Below, one piece after another: positions 57,065 through 64,000 of a stretch of DNA of 64,000 nucleotides. The notes beneath the pieces were generated by a model, which ran no database searches, was not told where the DNA came from, and saw nothing but the letters and a program-made list of their open reading frames with translations. Each line of letters starts with the position of its first letter. The stretch's first letter is position 1. The translations under genes and the position numbers were made by a program. Origin of the DNA: an uncultured Bdellovibrionales bacterium (GTDB lineage Bacteria > Patescibacteriota > Minisyncoccia > Moranbacterales > UBA2206); NCBI GenBank assembly GCA_964636505.1, contig CAZWRY010000002.1, positions 17,248 through 81,247 of the forward strand, written 5' to 3'.

Positions 57065-60000
57065 TTAGTCTTTCTTGCGATAACCGGTCCCAGCTGGGAT
57101 AAGTTTACCAATGATGACATTCTCCTTGAGACCTCGAAGCTTGTCTTCTTTGCCAACCACTGCGGCATTGATGAGAACTCTGGCGGTTTCTTGGAAAGAT
57201 GCAGCTGAGAGGAAGCTTTCAGTTGAAAGAGCTACTTTGGTAATACCCATGAGCAGTCTTTCGCCTTTAGCCAACTCTTTGCCCTCGGCTTTCATTTGAG
57301 CATTAACTTCGTCAAATTCATCTTTTTCAACAATTTCACCTGAAACCAAAGTTGAGTTGCCTGAATCACTAATGAGCACACGGCTCAGCATCTGACGCAC
57401 GATAACTTCAATGTGCTTATCATTGATGCCTTCTCCCTGGGAAGCATAAATTTCCTGAATTTCACGGACAATATATCTGTGAACTTCTTCCCATCCCATT
57501 GTCTTGTATAAATTCTTGAGCTCAATATTACCTTCAACCAATTTGGAACCCTTGCCAACCAAATCACCTTCGGCTACTTTCAAAGTGCTGCCGGCTGAAA
57601 CTTGATATTCTTCAATCTTCTTAGTTTTGTCTTGCGATTCAATTTTGACAGTAATTACTTTTTCGCCATGAATAATTTCCGTTACTTTCCCATCCACTTG
57701 AGCGATAGCTGCTTCTCCTTTTGGGGGCCTGGCTTCAAAAAGTTCTTCTACACGCGGCAAACCTTGGGTGATGTCAGATCCGGCAATACCTCCAATATGG
57801 AAAGTACGCATGGTTAGCTGTGTTCCCGGTTCGCCAATAGCCTGAGCAGCTACAATTCCAACTGCCTGTCCAACTTGAACCAGCTGCCCGCGTCCCAAAT
57901 CAACTCCGTAACATTTCTGGCAAACACCGCGAGAAGTTTTGCAAGTCACGACTGATCTGATTTTTACTTTAGGAATATTCAATTTCTCAATTCTGTTGCC
58001 TTGCTCCTTGTTGATCAAAGCGCCTTTTTCCACAATGATTTCGCCGGAATGCGGATCAGTTACATTTTCCAGAACTACTCGGCCAATAACACGTGCGGCA
58101 AAACTTTGTCCGATTCTATCCGAATCTTCCTTATACAAATATATTCCAGTCTTGTCTTTGCAATCTTCCTCTTGAATAATAACATCCTGAGAAACATCCA
58201 CGAGCCTTCGGGTTAAATATCCGGCGGTCGCAGTTCTGAGGGCAGTATCGGCCATACCTTTTCTGGCTCCGTGAGTAGAAATGAAATATTCAAGTACATT
58301 CAAACCTTCTTTGTAGCAGCTCTTGATTGGCAGTTCAATGGTTTCCCCGGTTGGTCCAGCCATGAGTCCTTTCATACCAGACATCTGTACCACCACCGAT
58401 TCGGAACCTCTGGCTTTGGAATAAACCATAGAATAAACTGGGCCTTCCTTGTCCATCGATCCGCGCACCAATTCAGTGATAGTATTTTTAGTGTTGTTCC
58501 AAATTTCAATCACTCGGACTTTTCTTTCCTCTTCAGTCAAAAGTCCCATGTTATATTGTTGTTTGACCACTTCCACTTTTTCTTCCGCTTCAGCCATCAG
58601 TCTTTGCTTTTCAGCCGGAACAGTCAAATCTTCCATGCCCCAGCTTATACCTGATTTGGTCACAAATTCAAATCCAAGGCTCTTGATATCATCAATAAAT
58701 CTGACTGCTTCATCATGTCCGGATGTTTCCATTACTTTGGCTACTAAGGCTTTGAGTTCCTTTTTGGTCATTTCTTCATTTAAAAATCTCATGGATTCCG
58801 GCAAAATTTCATTGAGTCTGATTCGGCCAATAGTCGTTTCAATTATCTGACCGTTGTACATGACTTTTATTTTTGCTTGGATATCAATCACTCCCAATTC
58901 ATAGGCCATTACCGCTTCATTGAAAGATCCAAAAACTCGGCCCTCGCCTTTAGCTCCAGCCAAAGTGTGGGTAATATAATAACAGCCCAAGACCATATCC
59001 AAAGTCGGAGTGGTAATTGGATCGCCACTGGCCGGCTTCAAAAGATTTTTAGAACTGAGCATTAAGTTTTCGCTTTCCCATCTGGCTTTATCTGTCAAAG
59101 GAACATGTGCTGCCATCTGGTCTCCATCAAAGTCAGCATTGAAAGCGCTACATACCATTGGATGAACCTGGATAGCTTTGCCTTCAATTAAAACTGGCCT
59201 GAAAGCTTGGATACTCAAACGATGCAAGGTCGGAGCACGGTTCAACATTACATAGTGATGCGAAATGATTTCATCCAAAATTTCATATGATTCTTCGCTT
59301 TCAGCTTCTACCATTTTGCCGGCGCTGCGCACATTGTAGGCAGCTTCTCTTTCAATTAATTTATTAATAATGAACGGTTTAAAAAGTTCCAAAGCCATTT
59401 TCTTTGGGATACCGCATTGATAAATTTTGAGTTTTGGTCCAACCACAATAACGCTTCTTCCGGAATAATCCACGCGCTTACCCAAAAGGTTTTGTCTGAA
59501 ACGTCCTTGCTTTCCTTTCAGTGTGTCCGCCAAAGATCTGAGGGCTCTCTTTTGACCAGTAGAAGCAGCAACGCTTACTTGTCCGCGTCTGGCATTGTTA
59601 TCAAACAAAGCATCTACAGCTTCCTGAAGCATTCTTTTTTCATTACGGGTGATAACTTCCGGCGCACCGATTTCAATTAATTTTTTAAGACGATTATTTC
59701 TGTTAATAATTCGACGATAAAGATCGTTCAAATCGGAAGTCGCAAAGCGTCCTCCGTCCAAGGCTACCATCGGGCGAAGATCTGGCGGGATAACCGGAAT
59801 AACTGTCGGCAACATCCATTCTAATTTTAAGCCTGCTTTCAAAAAGCCTTGGAACAACTTAATTCTCTTTAATATTTTTTTCTTATCGGCAATTTCTTCG
59901 TCATTCAATTCATTTTTAAGTTTTTTTATTTCCTCTTCAACTTTGATGCTTTCTAAAACTCTTCTGACTGCTTCAGCTCCGATGCCGGCTGAAAAAACTT

Positions 60001-60640
60001 GCCCGTAGCGGGAAGACAAATTGAAATATTCAAGTTCAGAAATAATTTTCAGCTTAGCCAGACTCTTAAGTTCATCCTTGGCTGTTTTGTAAATATTTTT
60101 CAGTTCTTCTGTTTTCTGGTTTTTTTCTGCCTCTTCCAGCTTATTGATTTCTTTGATTTTGCCCTTGTATTCCTGATCCAACTGATTCAAAGCTTTGCTT
60201 CTTTCTTCTTCGTCTACATTCAAAATCATGTAGCTGGAAAAATAGATAATCTTTTCCAACTCTTGTGGACTCATGCCAAGCGCCATTCCGATTTTTGAAG
60301 GAACACCACGCAAAAACCAAATATGTGAAACCGGCACAGCCAACTGGATGTGTCCCATTCTTTCGCGTCGTACGCTGGAGCGAGTTACTTCCACTCCGCA
60401 CTTATCGCAGACAATACCCTTATATCTGATTCTTTTGTATTTTCCGCAATAACATTCCCAGTCCTTGGAAGGCCCAAATATTTTTTCACAGAAAAGGCCG
60501 TCCTTTTCATAGCGTTGCGTTCTGTAGTTAATGGTTTCCGGACGAGTTACCTCTCCGTTAGACCAACCCAAAACTTCATCGGGACTGGCGAGTTTTATTT
60601 TGACACTGTTAAAATCACTTACTTTAGTTATAGAGTCCAT
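57065..60640 (-). CDS. rpoC: DNA-directed RNA polymerase subunit beta'.
   Basis: 1191 aa; zinc-binding CYCGKYK...CDKCGVEV, NADFDGD catalytic motif, trigger loop and bridge helix regions. Confidence 0.97.
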   Translation of the reverse strand: MDSITKVSDFNSVKIKLASPDEVLGWSNGEVTRPETINYRTQRYEKDGLFCEKIFGPSKDWECYCGKYKRIRYKGIVCDKCGVEVTRSSVRRERMGHIQLAVPVSHIWFLRGVPSKIGMALGMSPQELEKIIYFSSYMILNVDEEERSKALNQLDQEYKGKIKEINKLEEAEKNQKTEELKNIYKTAKDELKSLAKLKIISELEYFNLSSRYGQVFSAGIGAEAVRRVLESIKVEEEIKKLKNELNDEEIADKKKILKRIKLFQGFLKAGLKLEWMLPTVIPVIPPDLRPMVALDGGRFATSDLNDLYRRIINRNNRLKKLIEIGAPEVITRNEKRMLQEAVDALFDNNARRGQVSVAASTGQKRALRSLADTLKGKQGRFRQNLLGKRVDYSGRSVIVVGPKLKIYQCGIPKKMALELFKPFIINKLIEREAAYNVRSAGKMVEAESEESYEILDEIISHHYVMLNRAPTLHRLSIQAFRPVLIEGKAIQVHPMVCSAFNADFDGDQMAAHVPLTDKARWESENLMLSSKNLLKPASGDPITTPTLDMVLGCYYITHTLAGAKGEGRVFGSFNEAVMAYELGVIDIQAKIKVMYNGQIIETTIGRIRLNEILPESMRFLNEEMTKKELKALVAKVMETSGHDEAVRFIDDIKSLGFEFVTKSGISWGMEDLTVPAEKQRLMAEAEEKVEVVKQQYNMGLLTEEERKVRVIEIWNNTKNTITELVRGSMDKEGPVYSMVYSKARGSESVVVQMSGMKGLMAGPTGETIELPIKSCYKEGLNVLEYFISTHGARKGMADTALRTATAGYLTRRLVDVSQDVIIQEEDCKDKTGIYLYKEDSDRIGQSFAARVIGRVVLENVTDPHSGEIIVEKGALINKEQGNRIEKLNIPKVKIRSVVTCKTSRGVCQKCYGVDLGRGQLVQVGQAVGIVAAQAIGEPGTQLTMRTFHIGGIAGSDITQGLPRVEELFEARPPKGEAAIAQVDGKVTEIIHGEKVITVKIESQDKTKKIEEYQVSAGSTLKVAEGDLVGKGSKLVEGNIELKNLYKTMGWEEVHRYIVREIQEIYASQGEGINDKHIEVIVRQMLSRVLISDSGNSTLVSGEIVEKDEFDEVNAQMKAEGKELAKGERLLMGITKVALSTESFLSAASFQETARVLINAAVVGKEDKLRGLKENVIIGKLIPAGTGYRKKD

Positions 60641-60780
60641 ATTATAAATAAATTTTCAAATCTCAATTTTCAATTTTCAATCAATGATCAATTTTCAATT
60701 TTTTAATTTCAAAAATTTAGTCATTGAATCATTGGAAATTGTTTAGAAATTAGAAATTAGAAATTAGAAATTTGTTAATC
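60641..60780. repeat. AT-rich heptamer tandem arrays (TCAATTT x about 5, then ATTGGAAATTG plus AGAAATT x4) filling the rpoB-rpoC spacer.
   Basis: Direct reading; shares the 11-mer ATTGGAAATTG and AGAAATT units with the uvrC-internal element. Confidence 0.75.
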
Positions 60781-60794
60781 AAAAAATTCATTGC

Positions 60795-63700
60795 TTATAC
60801 CTGTGTGTCAGTATCACCTTTCTCTTCTTTCATGTCTTCATCTTCTTCTTTCTTGGCACCAATAAGTTCAATGCTGAGTGATAAGCCTTTGAGCTCATTT
60901 ACCAAAACATTGAAAGATGTCGGGATATTTGGACTCTTTATCATTTCACCCTTAATAATAGATTCATAAGCTTTCGATCTGCCCATTACATCATCTGATT
61001 TTATGGTAAGCATTTCTTGCAATGTATACGCTGCTCCATAACCTTCAAGCGCCCAAACTTCCATTTCTCCAAATCGCTGTCCTCCAAACTGAGCTTTTCC
61101 TCCTAGAGGTTGCTGCGTAATCAAGGAATACGGACCAATGGAGCGCATATGAATTTTATCATCCACCAAATGATGCAGCTTCATCACATACATAACGCCC
61201 ACGGTGGATTTATTGTCAAAATATTCACCGGTCTTTCCATTAACTAATCTTATTTTTCCATCTTCCGGCAAACCGGCTTTAGTTAGTTCTTCTTTAATTT
61301 GTTTTTCCGAAACTCCGTCCAAAGCTGGAGAAGCCGCTTTATATCCAAGCCTAGAAGCTGCCCAACCTAAATGAGTTTCCAAAATTTGACCAATGTTCAT
61401 ACGACTGGCCACACCCAAAGGATTAAGCACCATATCTACCGGAGTTCCATCCGGAAGATAGGGCATATCTTCAGCCGGAGCAATTCTGGAAATAACACCT
61501 TTGTTTCCATGGCGTCCGGCCAATTTATCTCCTACAGAAATTTTCTTGAGTTGGGCAACGGAAACTTGAATCTGCTGGATAACTCCAGTAGTAAGCTTGT
61601 CTCCTTGTTCGCGTGAAAATATTTTAATATCCACAACCTTTCCGTATTCTCCGTGCGGTAAATAAAGCGAACTGTCTTTAACATCTCTGGATTTCTCCCC
61701 AAAGATGGCACGCAGCAATCTTTCCTCACTGGTCAGATCGCCTTCGCCTTTGGGAGAAATTTTTCCAACCAAAATATCGCCAGATTTTACTTCCGCTCCA
61801 ATTCTGATAATCCCGGTTTCATCCAAATTCTTAAGCCTTTCTTCTCCAATATTTGGAATATCTCGGGTCACTACCTCCGGCCCAAGTTTTGTATCGCGAA
61901 CATCAATAGAAAAATCTTCAATGTGAATTGAACTGTATCTATCGTCTTGCAAAAGTTTTTCAGAAATTACGATAGCATCTTCGTAGTTGAAACCTTCCCA
62001 AGGAATAAAAGCTACCAAGATGTTTTGTCCGAGCGCCAATTCTCCATGATCAGTTGAAGCACCATCTGCCAAAAGTTTTCCCTTTTTCACTAAATCACCT
62101 TTTTTGACCCTTGGAATTTGGTTCATACAAGTGAAGGCATTGGATTTAACAAAATTTTGCAACAAATATTCTCGGCGCAAGTAAGGTTTTTTAGAGCCAA
62201 CCTTGGCTTCTTCTTTAACTACGATGTGAGAACTGTCTACTTCCACAACTTCACCAGCCTCTTTGGCATTAACAACTTGTCCTGAATCAGAAGCTGATTT
62301 GTCCTCGATTCCGGTTCCAACAATTGGCGCTTCCGGCTTTACACAAGAAACAGCTTGTCGCTGCATGTTTGAACCCATGAGTGCACGGTTGGCATCGTCA
62401 TGTTCCAAAAATGGAATCAAGGCGGTTGCCACCGAAATCATTTGCTTGCAAGAAACATCGATATAATCAATTTTTTCCGCTTCAATTTCAGCCGCATTAC
62501 CTCTTACTCTGGCTTCAACAATTTTATCCATTACATTTCCAAACTCATCCAATCTTATTCCGGCATGAGCGATATTTTTTCTGTCTTCTTGGGTTGCATT
62601 CACATATTCAATCTCATCGCTCATCCAAGGTTTGATTTTTACAGTCTTTATTTTTTTATTGCCAGCTAAAGCTTTGGCTATTTTTTCATCTATAAAAGTT
62701 TCCGCTTTAATGCCGTCAATATCTTCACTTAAAAATTTGTGCAGTATTTTTTCTTCGATGTTTTCAACTTCTTGATAAACCTTGAAGTAAGGAGTTTCCA
62801 AAAATCCATATTTATTTATCTTAGCGTAGGTTGCCAAATGTCCAACCAAACCAATGTTTGGACCTTCTGGAGTTTCTACTGGACAAATTCTTCCATAGTG
62901 CGAATGATGCACATCACGGACTTCAAACCCAGCTCTTTCGCGGGTTAGCCCTCCGGGGCCCATGGCCGAAAGCCTTCGTTTGTGTTCCAGCTCGGCCAAT
63001 GGATTAACCTGATCCATGAATTGAGAAAGCTGAGAACTGGAAAAAAATTCTTTAATAGCCGCTGCAATTGGACGAGAGTTAATGAGTTGTCCCGGAACCA
63101 CTGTATTAATTTCACAAGTACTCATTCTGTCTTTGATGTTTCTGACCATTCTGGCAAAACCGACGCGTAATTTATTTTGTACTAATTCTCCAATCGCTCT
63201 CACTCTTCTGTTGCCCAAGTGATCAATATCGTCCGCTACCGCAGTTTTGTCATTATTCAATCGGATAATTTCTTTGATGATAGCCACCAAATCTTCTCTG
63301 CGCAGAACACGATAATCTTCCGTGTTTGGAAAATCAAATTCCAATCTTTGGTTGAGTCTATACCTGCCGACTTCTCCAAAGTCATATCTTTCAAAATTAA
63401 AAAACATTGAATCAATCATTTGTTTGGCATTATCTTCGGTTGCCAAATCTCCTGGACGAATTCTTTTGTAAACTTCTTTATATCCTTCGCCTTGATTTTT
63501 GGTAATATCCTTTTCAATAGTTTTTTGGATATATTTTGTTTCACCATTATCAGTATCTTTGAAAAGATCCAATAAATCTTTATCACTAGAATATCCAAAA
63601 GCCCGGAGCAAGGCTGTTACCGGTACTTTTCTTTTTCGGTCAATTTTTACCGAAAGGACGCCTTCAAAGTCCGTATCAATTTCCAGCCAGGCTCCACGGT

Positions 63701-64000
63701 TAGGAATAATTTTGGCCCCAAAAAGTCTCTTGCCTTTTTGATATTCCATCGTAAAGAAAACTCCCGGGCTTCTGATAAGCTGGCTAACTACGACTCTTTC
63801 CACTCCGTTAATCAAAAAAGTTCCGCGATCAGTCATAATAGGAAAATCCCCCAGGTAGATTTCCTGTTCTTTTATTTCGCCTGTGCTCTTGATGACTAAT
63901 TTTACTTTGCAACGAAGCGGGGCTTCATAGGAGATGTTTTTATTCTTAGCGGTTATTTCATCATATTTCGGATCATCCAAATAGTAATCTTCAAAGTAGA
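60795..64000 (-). CDS. rpoB: DNA-directed RNA polymerase subunit beta, 5'-truncated by the window edge (about 70 N-terminal residues missing).
   Basis: Reading frame stays open to the window end (...EDYYLDDPKYDE...); the ORF-track start M at 63980 is a TTG codon, not the true start. Conserved rpoB blocks throughout (GDK..GRHGNKGV, NADFDGD-partner regions). Confidence 0.95.
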   Translation of the reverse strand, partial: YFEDYYLDDPKYDEITAKNKNISYEAPLRCKVKLVIKSTGEIKEQEIYLGDFPIMTDRGTFLINGVERVVVSQLIRSPGVFFTMEYQKGKRLFGAKIIPNRGAWLEIDTDFEGVLSVKIDRKRKVPVTALLRAFGYSSDKDLLDLFKDTDNGETKYIQKTIEKDITKNQGEGYKEVYKRIRPGDLATEDNAKQMIDSMFFNFERYDFGEVGRYRLNQRLEFDFPNTEDYRVLRREDLVAIIKEIIRLNNDKTAVADDIDHLGNRRVRAIGELVQNKLRVGFARMVRNIKDRMSTCEINTVVPGQLINSRPIAAAIKEFFSSSQLSQFMDQVNPLAELEHKRRLSAMGPGGLTRERAGFEVRDVHHSHYGRICPVETPEGPNIGLVGHLATYAKINKYGFLETPYFKVYQEVENIEEKILHKFLSEDIDGIKAETFIDEKIAKALAGNKKIKTVKIKPWMSDEIEYVNATQEDRKNIAHAGIRLDEFGNVMDKIVEARVRGNAAEIEAEKIDYIDVSCKQMISVATALIPFLEHDDANRALMGSNMQRQAVSCVKPEAPIVGTGIEDKSASDSGQVVNAKEAGEVVEVDSSHIVVKEEAKVGSKKPYLRREYLLQNFVKSNAFTCMNQIPRVKKGDLVKKGKLLADGASTDHGELALGQNILVAFIPWEGFNYEDAIVISEKLLQDDRYSSIHIEDFSIDVRDTKLGPEVVTRDIPNIGEERLKNLDETGIIRIGAEVKSGDILVGKISPKGEGDLTSEERLLRAIFGEKSRDVKDSSLYLPHGEYGKVVDIKIFSREQGDKLTTGVIQQIQVSVAQLKKISVGDKLAGRHGNKGVISRIAPAEDMPYLPDGTPVDMVLNPLGVASRMNIGQILETHLGWAASRLGYKAASPALDGVSEKQIKEELTKAGLPEDGKIRLVNGKTGEYFDNKSTVGVMYVMKLHHLVDDKIHMRSIGPYSLITQQPLGGKAQFGGQRFGEMEVWALEGYGAAYTLQEMLTIKSDDVMGRSKAYESIIKGEMIKSPNIPTSFNVLVNELKGLSLSIELIGAKKEEDEDMKEEKGDTDTQV

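Noticed and set aside
1-64000. Search for tRNA genes (GGTTCGAATCC-type T-loops and cloverleaf candidates), especially next to the integrases and in the long spacers 32456..32732, 33003..33259 and 34025..34383.
   Set aside because: No T-loop/acceptor pattern found by eye. A GCCACC...GTGGC hairpin near 34215 lacks D- and T-arm signatures. A tRNAscan-SE or Infernal run would be decisive.
1-64000. CRISPR arrays or rRNA genes.
   Set aside because: No regularly spaced 25-40-nt direct repeats with unique spacers. Repeats present are 7-9-nt tandem units. No rRNA-like conserved stretches were recognised.

Overview
This 64 kb window looks like a compact, low-GC (about 35%) chromosomal segment of a small-genome bacterium, most consistent with Candidate Phyla Radiation / Patescibacteria. 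It is gene-dense and mostly minus-strand. From the left edge it carries a type IV pilus locus (pilN partial, pilM, PilX-like protein, two prepilin-type pilins, pilC, pilB) followed by a sensor kinase and a stand-alone response regulator. Next comes a nucleotide-excision-repair supercluster: uvrA, uvrC, a plus-strand two-gene cassette of unknown function, a second full-length uvrA paralogue, a GC-richer hypothetical, a lipoprotein and uvrB. Sugar-nucleotide genes (mannose-1-P guanylyltransferase, PGI/PMI, PMM/PGM) are scattered among secG, an ABC substrate-binding protein, RNase J and trpS. A nine-gene anaerobe-type operon follows (DUF5320, 2x NifX-like, MinD-ferredoxin ATPase, thioredoxin, Trx-CcdA, CDF transporter, DUF134 regulator, PAP2). 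After it lies a putative integrative island: a 757-aa TPR-like protein, DUF5659-like and HTH/Zn-ribbon small proteins, a tyrosine integrase, an excisionase-like small ORF and a large serine recombinase whose 3' end overlaps ychF. The window ends with rpsF-ssb-rpsR, efp, recA, rodZ-like, ftsK, a LysM/L,D-transpeptidase, rpoC and a 5'-truncated rpoB. No rRNA, tRNA or CRISPR array was found. The main non-coding signals are: related AT-rich heptamer-repeat miniature insertions that sit in frame inside uvrC and uvrB and fill the rpoB-rpoC spacer; 7-nt NNNNATG start-codon ladders immediately upstream of rpsF and efp; a 19-bp perfect inverted repeat that sequesters the ssb ribosome-binding site; and an unassigned GC-rich structured island between efp and recA.
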